Source of the DNA: Phaeosaccion multiseriatum
Lineage: Eukaryota > Protista > Ochrophyta, other classes
Length of the DNA stretch: 64,000 bases
Assembly: GCA_965112735.1 (NCBI GenBank)
Contig: OZ218951.1
Span: 3,100,001 to 3,164,000 of the forward strand
Direction of reading: 5' to 3'
Positions within the stretch are counted from its first letter, which is position 1; each line of letters starts with the position of its first letter. The position numbers were made by a program, and so were the translations under genes. This document shows, in pieces, positions 26,704-39,193 of the stretch. Under the pieces are notes generated by a model, which ran no database searches, was not told the DNA's origin, and saw only the letters and a list, made by a program, of their open reading frames with translations.

Positions 26704-27693
26704 TGTTTCTACCTCGCATGCTATTTCGTCACTCTCCAAGTGTGCTGATGTATATATGTAAATACTTTTGTACAAAGAGGAGGTGTGAGGGCATGCCTTC
26801 CGGAAATCTCTCTCCCTCTCTCTCTCTCTCCCTCTTGTGGGACACCATTGTGCACTCACTCCGCAGCCTCAGGAAGGGACATTGCCGGCTCTCTCTCTCT
26901 CTGCCCTACCCACACCACCCTTCGAGAGAGGGGGAGAAGGGAAGAGGGAGAGAAGAAAGAACACTGGCAGCTGCTGTCACTCTGCAGGCAGAGGACGGTT
27001 TTGGTCGCTGTGTTGTTGTGTCAAACCAAACCACTCGGCGGGGGCGGCAGCCGATAGCGGGCTTCCTTCTCACGGCCCCTTCGGTGCAGGCTGCCTCCCT
27101 GTACTTCCTTCACTTGACGCCCTCCCCCCTTCTCCTCGCAATCAACACCTCTCTCCCTCTCTTTCTTCTCTGAAGCGGCAGCGAAGCAACCCTCCCCCTC
27201 CGACCACGCGACGCTGCGCCCTTCTCTCCCTCCCCCAAGTGTGCTGCTTCACACCACTCTCGCAGACGTGGCGTGGTGGTGGTATACTCGCCGTCACACT
27301 TGGCGAAAGTGACTGCGTCATCATGCCCATGCACCACGCGATTGCAGAGGCCGTTGTGGGTTGCTTTGCTGAAGACGCTTGTCCGACCGACCGACCGACC
27401 GACCCCGCACACAGACGGGTCTTTCTTGCCTTCTTTCTGCAGGAAGCTGGTGGGTAACAATACCCCGTGATGCCTCATCCCCGCACTCAGCTCAGCACGG
27501 CAAGCGCTCAAAACCGCTCAGTCTAAAGACCGTATCACCAACTTGTTCACTGCAGACCTCCGGCGCAGAGATTTTCTGCCCCGGTACGCTCAACAGAGAG
27601 CGCGTGGGGATGGATAAGAATGGGCATATGGATACCCACACCCAGGCTGCATCGTGCATACAAGCTCCAGACAGGCAGACGCCAAGCAATGCC

Positions 27694-27740
<47 letters not shown>

Positions 27741-28549
27741 CCACCACCACCATCATCATCGTCATCATCCCATCCGGCCCTCCTCTTCCTCTTGCCTGTG
27801 CCTGGCCATCATTGTGCAAGGTATATAGGCACGCAGGCAGACAATGGGGTGGGGACGACAGTTCTCTCCTCTTTCTCCTCTCCGACACCCCCAGGAGGCT
27901 GCGCACGCACGCACACACTCCGCCCTGGATGATCATCCATGCATGCGGTGTCATATGGGGCTCTTGTCTCGTCTCGGCAAAGGCAAAGCCTCCTCAAGAA
28001 GGCTGTCGTCGGTCGCCTCCCACAGCCCCATCCTTCCTTTCGACGCCGTCTTTGCCAAAGACAAGGGCTGGGCTATTTATATTCCTCCCTGGAACGCGCT
28101 CGTCACGCTCACCTCACCTCGCCCCATCATGGCTTTGACGGTAGGACAGGTAGGTGTGCTCCAGCAGCTGCTCAACCCCCCACTTGTTCTCTCCCTCTCT
28201 CGCAGAGCACAACCCCCCCCCCTCCGCTGACGTCATTTCCTCTCCAAGAGCAGAATCCTCCCTCCGCTGTCCCTCCGCTGCACCTCCGCTCCTGTCTGCG
28301 CAGGGGCTTTGCAAGCTGCGGGCAGGCATACTATATCTGCAAGCACCTGCGCGTCCTCTTCTGTTTCAAAGCATATCACGCACGTAACAATGCGCAACAA
28401 ACAGCCCCCCCCCCCCCCCCTTCCTTTCATTGGATACACCATTGCATGGATAGTGGTCTCCGCTCTCCCTTCCTTTCCCCACGAAGGCAAACAAACGGAG
28501 GAAAGCGGAAGGGAGGCCGAAAGGAGCGGGGCACTGCTCTGCTGCGCTG

Positions 28550-29312
28550 TACCTCCTGTCCTCCACCCCCCCCTACTGTGGGCCCCATGAGCTACCCCCT
28601 GGTGGGTACGAATGGGGAGATGCGGCGGTGTGGCCGGAGGGCGGCTAAACTCTGCATTTACCTGCCCCGACTGCAAGGAGGTGGTCAAATGCCCCACACT
28701 GCATACCAAGGAGGCAGGGGACCTGGCAGCCAAGACGTTATGGCGAACCCACAAGTCTGGCTTTCCCGCGACCGGGGAGTCTGGGTCCCAAACCTTCAAA
28801 TTTTGCTCCGGGAATCATGCCGGGTTTAACGAGTTTGCGGACGCCATGCGCCCTGGGGCAAACCCACGCGACTGCAACGACCATGGGAGGGACTTTATCC
28901 TCTCCAAGCAAGGCCCAAGAAGGAGTCCTCTCCGTCTCGGTCTTGGGCCTTGCTTGGAGAGGATAAAGTCCCTCCCATGGTCGTTGCAGTCGCGTGGGTT
29001 TGCCCCAGGGCGCATGGCGTCCGCAAACTCGTTAAACCTGGGGTGATGCCCGAAGCAAAGTTTGAAGGTTTGGGACCCGGACTCCCCGGTCGAGGGAAAG
29101 CCAGACTTGTGGGTTCGCCACAACGTCTTGGCTGCCAGGTCCCCTGCCTCCTTGGTGTGCAGTGTGGGGCATTTGATCACCTCCTTGCAGTCGGGGCAGG
29201 TAAACTGCAGAATTTAGCCGCCCTCCGGCCACACCGCCGCACCTCCCCATTCGTACCCACCAGGGGGTAGCTCATGGGGCCCACAGTAGGGCGTGCTGGG
29301 GGACAGCAGGTA
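28550..29312. repeat. Long inverted repeat (fold-back): arms 28550-28920 and 28941-29312, 20-nt loop
   Basis: 28823-28920 is the exact reverse complement of 28941-29038. The outer arms match with scattered substitutions and small indels. Confidence 0.97.
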
Positions 29313-29587
29313 TCCTGCCAGATTCCTGCCAGATGATTGTTGCACTGAGCAGCGGGCGGGCGGGGAGATGCGGCCGGGGGTTGTTCCAAAATTAGCACAA
29401 AAAGACCGCAAGCTGAGCTATGTCAGCCAGCCACGAGCAAAGCACCTACCGCATTTTTATCCACATCCTTCGGCTTTGGGTTGTCCCCCGCGGACACCCC
29501 ACTTCTTCAGCATTTGCTTGACTTCAGTAGCCACCTCCTTGTGGACAAGGTTGGGACAGCACAAAACTCCTCTCCTCTCCTCCCATC

Positions 29588-32348
29588 TCATCCAAAGGAC
29601 TCTGCGTAGTGGTCGTCGTCATCTGTGTTCTGCACCCCGAGGAGACTGCAGCGGAGCGCACTGAGGGCACCCCCCTCCCCCCCCTGCCCCCCCTGCCCGC
29701 CTCCCTGCCCCCCCCCCCCTCCGTCGTCGGATTCATCCCCAAAGCCCGTACGCAGAAGAGCGGTTCGCTCCGATAGAGAAGATCCCGAGGGGCCCGCGCC
29801 TGCCTGCCCATATGCCTGGTGGCTGGGTGAGAGGTGCTGCCCATTGAAGTCGAGAGAGCTTTGCTGCAGTTGCTGCTGCTCCTGCTCCTGCTGCTGCTCC
29901 TGCTGCTGCTGTTGCTGCTGCTGCATCATCAACTGCTGCTGCTCTTGTTGGCGGACGAACGTTTCGTGCTGCTGCTGCTCTCCCAAAGGAATGCGAATGA
30001 CGGTTCTGTGGGCCATTCCATTTCATTTCATTTCATTTCATTTATACACGAACGAACGAGCGATGGTGTCACGTCACACACGGGGGTCCGGAGGAGAGGG
30101 GGCGAGAAAGAGGCACATGGGCATGAACAGCGAGAAGCGGAGCACAGCAGACAGGGCGAAAGAGAGAGAGAGGGAAAGAGAGAGAGAGTGTGAGAGGGGG
30201 GGAGAGAGACGGAGAGAGAGGGGATTGACTCAGATCGGAGCTGCCCCCCCCCCTCGCCCCTCTCCTCTCCAATTCTAAACACCTACCCACCCATCCACCC
30301 ACCTGGCGGGTCCCGGCGTGAAGTTGGAGGGCAGCAACATGGGCATGACCTCGTTGAAATCTCGTACTGCCGACTCGTGAGCAAAGTTCTTATCCAGCCA
30401 CCCCTGCCCCAACCCTCTAGAGCTCAGCCGTCTTCCCCAGCCTCCGCCTCCTCCTCCTCCTGCCCCTGCCCCCCCCATCCCTCCTCCTCCTGCTCCTCCT
30501 CCTCCTCCCCCCAGACACGAGACTTGCTGCTGCTGCATCATTAGCAGACCACTGCCCATGTAGGGCTCTGCGGTGAAGGCCGAGGTATGGGCGAGGGCAA
30601 CGCACATCATCTCGACGCAGATGAGAAGGTCCTGTAGTCCCGTCTCCACGTCGCTCTGGCTCCAGTCGCCCATGTCGTGTATCCAGTGCATCTTGCCAAG
30701 ACCGGCCACAGCGATGGACTGCCAGTACGACAGAAACAGCACCGCCTTTCGGGTTCGGGAGATAAGGGGGGGGGGGGGGGGAGGACAAAGAAGGGAGAGA
30801 GCAAGGATCACGACAGGGGGGTGTGTGAGGCGGGTAGAGAGGGGGGTTGGATTGCGAGAGAGACGAGAGGAGGTGGGGATACTCAGCACACTCGACTACA
30901 TACTCCATAATCGGCCCTTAACAGGTACTCAGCAAGGGTGGTAGTGATGGCGAGTTGCAGTGATGGTGGACACAGTGGATGGAAGGACTCCTGCCCTCCC
31001 TCCCCCCTTCACTCAACTGCCCGCTTCCCCCCTCCCCTCCCTCCCTCCTCCGTCCTCCCCTCCCCAAGCCTTAAGTCCGAACATCAAGACAACCCCCCAC
31101 CTTGATGCAGAGGAACTTCGGCACTGGTCTATGCGGCCTCAGAGGGAGCTGAAGCACGTAATAGAAGCAGCCGAGGCGGTACAGCGCCTGCATGACGCTA
31201 AAGTTCACCACCAGCGTGATCCATATCCAAGAATCCCACACATCGAAGCTACCCTCCGTGTAGAGGCCAAAGGGATGCAGTACAATGGCCACGAGAGAGG
31301 CGCAGGGCTTGACGAGAGAGTACTGCAGAGTGCCGAACTTGGCCCAGCGGAGGAAGGCCTTGCCGTGGGGCAGGTGTTGGTGCTTGTCGCCGCGGGGCAG
31401 GAAGAGGGAGACGGGGAATTTGTGTTTGGCCTTGGGCATGCCCTCGAGGATGGCGATAACCTGGGGTGGGGGTGGGGGCGGGAGGGAGGGAATGGGTTTG
31501 GATGGTGTGATGTGGTGTGGGCGGTGGTTAAGAGTCTCTCTGAAGGGCTGCTGAGATGGAAAATGCTTTGGTTGCAGAGAGACACACAGAAAAGACAAGA
31601 CAATATCAAGCCGACCAGCTCCAGCTTTGTACCAAGTCACCCACCCACCTGCCCACCCACACACGCACCCTGTATTCATCTCCGTCGCCCAGGTAGGCGA
31701 TGAGCAGCGCGAGGAAGAGGTAGAGTGCGTAGCCCTCGTAGCAGTCGCGCAGCAGGTTCAGGTACAGCGCCGCGCTCTTGAAGCGGAGGCTCAGCAGGCT
31801 GTCCACCGCGTAGATGGGCACCATCCATAGGATACCCACAATCTTGCCCTGCAAGGTGGTCCAGCAGGTAGAAAGGGAGGAAGTGAGGGAGGGAGGTGGG
31901 GTGGGGTGCGGGGGGGCAAGAAGAAATCCACATCCGTATACCATTCATTATAGGTGAGTGGATAGAGGTCCGTAGTTGGTTCGTTCGTGTAGGGCGCGGG
32001 CAAAGAGCACGAAAGGGGGTTGCGGGGGTCGGAGGGGGGGGCTAGATCACTTCCTTGTAGGTGAGAAGAGAAGTCAGGAACAGGCACCGCAGGCCTAAAC
32101 TAGACAGGAGAGAGTATTAGAATCCGGGACGGGCAACCAGAAGAGAGGCACCGGGAAAGGGCCGCGGAAGTACGAGTCAAAGCCTCCCCCTTCAACCGTC
32201 CTCACTCAGGTTTTGCCTCCCCGCCCCTTACCTGCACCACGGGCTTGGTAAAGTTCTGCAGGTGCGTATGGATGAGGAACGCGCTGATGCCCACAGCGAA
32301 GACCGAGCACACAAGGGCCAGCCCCCAGGCCACATCAGCCTCCCGCAT
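29588..32348 (-). CDS. TMEM184: TMEM184 / organic solute transporter alpha (LAZ1-like) family protein, 5 exons
   Basis: HLQNFTKPVVQ|GKIVGILWMVPIYAVDS...LRDCYEGYALYLF, GTLQYSLVKP, PVPKFLCIK|AVLFLSYWQ and LQDLLICVEM..A.AH..AF are family hallmarks. Exons about 32348-32232, 31848-31669, 31460-31101, 30745-30303, 30007-29588. Confidence 0.93.
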
Positions 32349-32486
32349 TCCGGGCGATCAGATTTGAGGGGGAGGAAGAAAGGATGAGGGATTCCGCGTT
32401 GGTATGGTGAGCCATTTCGTCTCTCCCACTTGCACCTTCTTGGACGCGCGTAGTGTAGGAGTAGGAGAGACTTTCCCCTGAGTAGT

Positions 32487-33336
32487 ATGAGGGCTACCTT
32501 TTGGTTGGTCACCGTGGCCTGCTGCGGGCTTGCGCTCGAGGCATCAAGCTTCATTTTGCAGCCAGCTGTAGGAAAGGTTAGAGGAAGAGGGGAACGAGAA
32601 CAAGCGTATGACAGCCCCCCCCCCAATGCATTGTCTCCCTCTGTGAGCCACCTCTACGGCAGGACATGCTCTGGGTGCGTGGTGATGGCTGCTGGCGCTG
32701 ATGAGAGGGAGAAGGAGGCCGTGGGGGCTGGAGTGGGCAACAGGAGGGACGTGCTGCAGAGAGCGGCGTCACTGGCAACTGCTGCTGCCCTGGGAGGCCT
32801 TCCACAAGCAGCTTTGGCCAAGAAGGGGAAGGACGGATGCAGAAACATAGAGGAGTGCAGGTGAGTGGGTGAGAGCGCGGTAAGTTCCGCGTGCGTGGGG
32901 GACTGGAGGTTGATTGGCAGACAAAGGAAGAACACCAGGCCAGGAAGAAGTTGATGATTCATGACTCATCGCTGCGCTCTTTAAAGCCCCAAGAAACCAC
33001 TTCTCCTCTTCTCCATTGCTCTGCTGCTCTGCTTGTGCCACAGAGAGGTCGGAGAGCGTACATCAGAGCGCATTGAGCAGGAGTTGGGTCCCGTGGTAAA
33101 ACTAGGACAGGGAGTGCGATACAGGGAGGTCAAGCCACCGAACCCGCCAGCCAGCGCGGAGCCTGTGCCCGTTGTGAAGGAAGGGGACGTCTGTTACATC
33201 AAGTATCAGGTGGGTGGACTTGGCAGGCGGCAGGCGGGTGGCGTGGGTATGCGGGCAGGTGGTAGGGTGGGACAGCGAGTGGGCCATGTTCGAGACTATT
33301 GTCCCGCGATAAGGAGCCGGGCCTTGGTCCTTCGCA

Positions 33337-33367
<31 letters not shown>

Positions 33368-33507
33368 GGCAGGAAGGGTATGCGCTGGGATCCTGTTATC
33401 CCCCATTATCCCCTCTCCGCCTCGTGTTGTGGCCATGTTGCGGTGCTGTTGTGTGCTTACTCCTCGAGGTCTGTCCCACACCTTGCTGCCCGTCTCACCC
33501 GACCTGC

Positions 33508-33597
<90 letters not shown>

Positions 33598-33608
33598 GCC
33601 TGTCTGCC

Positions 33609-33679
<71 letters not shown>

Positions 33680-33719
33680 GCCTGTCTGTCTGTCTGTGCC
33701 TGTCTGTCTGTGCCTGTCC

Positions 33720-33775
<56 letters not shown>

Positions 33776-34151
33776 TGTCTATCTGTCTATCTGTCCGTCT
33801 GTCTGTCTGTCTGTCCCACGCGACACTGACACCAGGTGCTCAAGGGCAACGGAGACTTCATGTGTAAGTAAATAACCTTACGTACAGGGGTACCTCTCTT
33901 TCTGTAGCACTCTCTCTCTGTGTCTGACCTCTCCGGCTCTCCCTCTGTCTCCCTCTCCCTCCGAAGGACTTGCGGCAGCTGGTGGTGGTGTGGTGTAGAT
34001 CGCTGCCGTTGACGCGAGCTGTTGTTCTCACCCCCCCCCCCCCCCACCTTCCTCCTTCTCTGTCTGCTCTGTGCTGTGCTCCTTGACACCCCACCCGCTG
34101 CACCACACACACACACACGCGTGTCCACACACACACACACACACACACACA

Positions 34152-34202
<51 letters not shown>

Positions 34203-34561
34203 GCACACACAGGGTCGCTGGGATACGGCAAGGAGCCTGGGCTGAAGGATGCCGACGAGACGTACCGAGTGAAGTTGGGCAGGACCCCGCTGCCAGACGT
34301 GCCCGTCGCCGTTGAAATGGCCTTGGTAGGCATGAAGGTGAGGAAGGCGTAAGGCATCACAGGGAGGGTGTGGTACTACGTAGTGATACGTAAGTGTATG
34401 TGCGTCTTGCTGCATGGGCTGATGTAGCGGCAACACGAGAGCTCAGCCCCTGATGGGGAGGGCCAGGGTGGGGGTTGAGGGGTGGGGGGGTGCTCGCTCA
34501 GTGAGAGGCTTCGCTTCCCTCCATATCCATAGCCCCTCTCCCTCCCTCTTTGGCGAGAGAG

Positions 34562-34597
<36 letters not shown>

Positions 34598-35031
34598 AAA
34601 TTTGTGTTTGGGAGAGCAAAAGCCAAGCCCGAAGTTGTTGCACTCCATGCGTTGAATCACTCACCCCCCGCCCCCCCCCCCACACACACACTCTCTTTGC
34701 CATGCTTGTGGGATCATTCGCTCCCCTCACTCTCTCTCCCCTCTTCCCCCAGCCCGGTGCCGTGCGGCGTGTAGAGATGCCTCCTAGGGTGGGTTTCGAG
34801 AGCTCAGCGTGGGAGCCGGCTCCGCAGACCTTCTCCGGCAGGAAGAAGCTCGAGAGGTTTCGGGCCGTGCTCACCGGGAACGGCCTCCAGGTGGGGTGGG
34901 GTGGGGTAACGAGTTGATTGTATAAAAAGAGTCTCGTTTGCTTCTCTCTCTCTCTCTCTCTCTCTCTGTCTGTCTCTCCCTCTCTCCGTCTGCATGTAGT
35001 CTCTGCCGAGGCCCAGTGTGTATATGTGTGT

Positions 35032-35102
<71 letters not shown>

Positions 35103-35464
35103 TGTGTATGTGTGTGTGTGTGCGCGCGCGCGCATGTGGAGGAGGGCTCAGCGGGCGCGTAGGAAAGAAGTAAAGCCCCATCTTCACCAAGACCTTCCTT
35201 GTTCTCACCTCACCCCCCTGAAGGCTTTCTCCCAACCCCTGCGTGTGAGAAGTCATGGACCGACTCACAGACTCTATCCGCCCTTCCCTGACTTACCCTT
35301 CCCCTCCCTCCCCCCAGCCCGGCTTCGACGCGGTGGTGCTGTTCGAGGTGGAGCTAGTGAGCGTACGGCCGCCCAGGGGCCCAGGCAAGGGCAAGGGGGC
35401 GGGCGGGGCAGCACCTGAGGTGGATGCGGCGAGCGCCTTCAATCGTTTGACACAAACGAACTAG
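32487..35464 (+). CDS. Thylakoid-lumen FKBP-type peptidyl-prolyl isomerase
   Basis: Signal peptide + ASS-F, then RRDVL...AALA Tat signal. FKBP domain [16 protein letters not shown]|VLKGNGDFM|W...VEMALVGMK|[15 protein letters not shown]...|[16 protein letters not shown]. Stop at 35464. Confidence 0.85.
33512..33815. repeat. (CTGT)n microsatellite in FKBP intron
   Basis: About 300 bp of near-perfect TCTG repeats. Confidence 0.95.
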
Positions 35465-36470
35465 AACAGCTCATACGAATTGCAGCAGCGAATAGAATAG
35501 AGTACTGTAGAGAGAAAGTTTGTATAGAAGGTCCTAGTCCAATCGGGAGGAAGAAAGAAAGAAGAAAAGTATAATGAAGGGGAAAAATGGGCTCCTGACA
35601 GGTTTCTTGGTGTCCACCTTTGCAAACAGGAAACAGTCCGACTGGCGCCGGCCAGACATGAGAAACGGGCTGGCTGGCGCTGGCCAGAAACAGGAGAACA
35701 GGCCGCGGCGCTTGTGGGGCTCTCTGACAGCAGCCACGCACGGTGCATGCTCCACCGCCGCGCGGCTGCTCATCGACGCGCCTTGCTTGCCCAGCCAGTA
35801 GCTTCGGTATCTGACAGGTTTCTAGGTTTCCACCATGGGAAGCAGGAAACAGGTATTATTGAGGGCGACTTTCGTCTCGATTTTCCGTGTATCCAGGTTC
35901 GACATTTTTTTTCTTGATACCGATGTTTCCCCGGCTCGGATCCGACAATGTTAGCTGGAACAGGCCAGAACCAGGATACAGGCCGGCTGGCGCCTGCTAG
36001 AAATAGGAAGCAGGGAAACAGTGAGGGGCCGAGGCAAAAGGCGTAGGAGAGAGGAGGGGCGGGAGGCGGGGGGTCATGATATCACAACCATGCGTGTTGC
36101 TCATACAGCCCCACAGATGACGACCTCTCTGGTTACGGCACTGTAGATGGCAATTCAACGAGCATCTACTTGCCCCATGGCTTTAAAGCTTGCCCTACCT
36201 GTGGTGCTTTCTTTTCTACTGAGGAGTGGGACTGAGGAGGTGCTCTCCTTCCCGCTGCTTGTGGATATTAACCAGGTACAGACACCTGTTTCCCTCCTCG
36301 TATCGATCGCATCCATGTCGCCCCCCCTTCCTACCCAGAAACAGCTGTAGTCCTTGAATTGCAACAATCAAGCCGAAATTGAATCTCTCGAATGTCCTGG
36401 GTCTCTACTCGTTCCATGCCCTGCTTCGTTTGAAGTCTCTCCCTAACTCTCCCCTTCCTCTTCTCTCTCT

Positions 36471-36504
<34 letters not shown>

Positions 36505-36630
36505 CCCCCCTCCGATCTGCGGACCCCTCCCAACTTCCTATCGTATGTGGCCGGCCATGGGTCGCTCGACTTGTAGTGCGTCGTCCGCTTGGACGAGGTG
36601 TCCACTAAAGAGTCCAACTTTAAGGGCGTG

Positions 36631-36753
36631 ATGGAGCCCGACCGACAAGGTGTTCAGCAGCAGGGGGCGCCGGGCTGGGCTCCATCCGCCTGGGGGCTGG
36701 GGAAACAGCAGCAGGGGCAGGAGCAAGGACAAGAGGCGCAGCAGCAGGGACAT

Positions 36754-36786
<33 letters not shown>

Positions 36787-37444
36787 GCGAAGCGCGACGG
36801 CAGCACCGCTGTGCTCGATTTGCGCTGCTTGCACTCTCTCCTGCCCGAGCAAGGCTGGCGGAACATTGACGAGAGATTCCAGCTCAGGTCAGCCAGAGGG
36901 TAGGGAGGGAGGGAGGGAGGGATGAGTAAGACATTGCGCACGTCATTCTGAGTTGGTAGGCGTCTGTGTGCCATACATCGAGATCGACAAGAGACGAGAC
37001 GGGTGCTGCAGAACAAGTGAAACGGGAAGGAAGAAGGGTGTACGGAGTTCAGCCAGCCGTGTTGGGAACTGAAGTGCCGACAGGGCAGGCAGGCAGACCC
37101 TTCCTTCCCTTGTGTGCCATTGTGCCCTCGTATGGCTCCCTCAAGAGCACCAGAGGGCCCTGCCAAGCATCCAGTCGATTTGATGCGCCTTTGTCCTTAT
37201 ATATGTATGTGCGTACGTATGTATGCATGTACTGCTTGTTACCCCTTGTATTCCTTCTGTATCCCTCCCCCCCACACCCACAGCCACTTCCGATGCGAGC
37301 AAGGCGTCTCCCATCGCACCCTCTGCGGCGGCCCGGGCACCACCATCGGAGACGTTGTGCTTCAAGCTGCCTTCAGCCGCGCCGCCCCCTCGGAGGAGTA
37401 CTCGCAGAGGCAATACCTCACACAGCAGTGGCTCGGAAGTAGGT

Positions 37445-37513
<69 letters not shown>

Positions 37514-39193
37514 CGCGCGTGCGATAAGTATGTGACGACAGCAATCAATTCGTCAACGTCGCCCCCCCCACCCCTCCCTCCTCCCTTGCAGATGCGACAC
37601 ATACGGCAACAAGCACAAGGCCGAGGAGTGCAGGCACGCCTTCCGCACCTTCAGTTACTACGTACCGGAGCTCGATCTGGAGACCGTGGTCCGCTGGTAA
37701 GTATGTCGGGCAGGGCAGCAACGAGAGACGGGGATCGGAGGGATTCGTGGTCGTGGTTGCGGTTGCGGTTGCGGTTGTGTTTGTGGGTATGGTGTGGCAT
37801 GGCTGCTCGGGGCTCTTTCTTTGGCCTTCCACTGCCTTCCTTCTGCCCAGGCGCCACCTCCCGAGTCGACGCGAAAGATGCTTCTCTCCCCTCCCTGAGC
37901 CTGACGGAGCGTTGTGGAGCCCCGGTTTGGCCTCGTGCCCTGTGCCGAGGGAATGGAGCCATCCAGCTGTTCGCTCTGTCACTCTTTCTTTCTGCTTCTC
38001 GAATAAGACGGGGTCCTTTACTCAGAGGGAGAGGACGAGGGGGGGGCGAGAGAGCAGTGGAGAGACGGGGAGAAAGGAAGTCTGACTGATTTCGCCTCCC
38101 TGCCCTTCTCTCTTGGTGTTGTTGTTTGCTTCTTCTCCACTGTATGTGTCTCTTGCCCACACACATACAAACGCATACACACCCCACACACAAAACACAC
38201 ACAACACACACACCGATGCGCGGGCATGTGGGCAGGAGGGAGCGATTGAGTCATCAACTGCTACTGGACGAAGAGAGCCCGTGGACCACCTTCCAGGACG
38301 TCGAGCCCAGAGCCTTCCACCCTTTCATGGGGGGAGGGGACGCCAACAGCAGGGGGCCGACAGGGGGGGCAGGGGGAGGAGGGGCGGGCGGGGCGCGGGA
38401 TGGCAGTGGATGGGGGGCAGGGGCGGCTGGAGCAGGGGCTGCGGCGGGGGTGGACACGGTTGACGACACGGACATGGATTTTATCCAGTATATCTACCTG
38501 CACGGGGAGGAATGGGAGCGGGAGCCCGAGCGGGTGCTTGCCATGTTCTACTCCGAGGAGGTGAGAGAGGCAGAGAGGGGAGAGAGGGAGAGAGATGTCC
38601 TTCCTACCCTGCCCTACCCTACCCTACCCTGCCCCTCCCTACTCTACCGGCGGAGCCAGTGCTGTGCTGACATGGGTCACACGTCTGCCCAAAAGCCTGT
38701 ACCGTATCGCTTGTGCCGTATCCGCTGTCTCACTGTATGTGTGTGTGTGTGTAGCTGTGTATGCATATGTGTGTGTGTGGCTGTGTATGCATATGTATGT
38801 GTGTGTATGTGTATGTGTGTCTGTCTGTCTGTGTGTGTGTGCGTGTGCGTGTGTGTGTGCCTGTGTGTGTGTGTGTGTGTGTGTGTGTACGCCTGGACGA
38901 GCTCTGATCGAAAGCCTTTGTTGCCCACGCTTGCCCCCCCCCCCCCCCCACCCACCCACTTCCACCCTCTTCCGCAGGAGGCAGTGTCGATTGTAGAGGA
39001 GATGCGCGTAGCTATGGAAGGGGCAATGGAGGACCCCGAGTGGCAGAGCTTGCTGCACTCGGACTACGGCAATATCTTCCGCCCACTCCTCGAAATTGCA
39101 GACACAACATCGGACGACAGAAGCAGCAGCAGCAGCACCACCACCAGCAGCCGCAGCGGGGGGGGGGCGGGAGGAGGTGTAACGGATGCGTGA
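36631..39193 (+). CDS. Hypothetical protein, multi-exon, no recognised domain
   Basis: Spliceable coding blocks [26 protein letters not shown] | [16 protein letters not shown] | [34 protein letters not shown] | [30 protein letters not shown] | [23 protein letters not shown], with GT-AG boundaries. The 3' end may extend to 39484. Confidence 0.6.

Noticed and set aside
28290-28380. YYICKHL as a possible SWIM finger of a Mutator transposase next to the fold-back
   Set aside because: No in-frame CxC upstream and no other transposase motif recognised.
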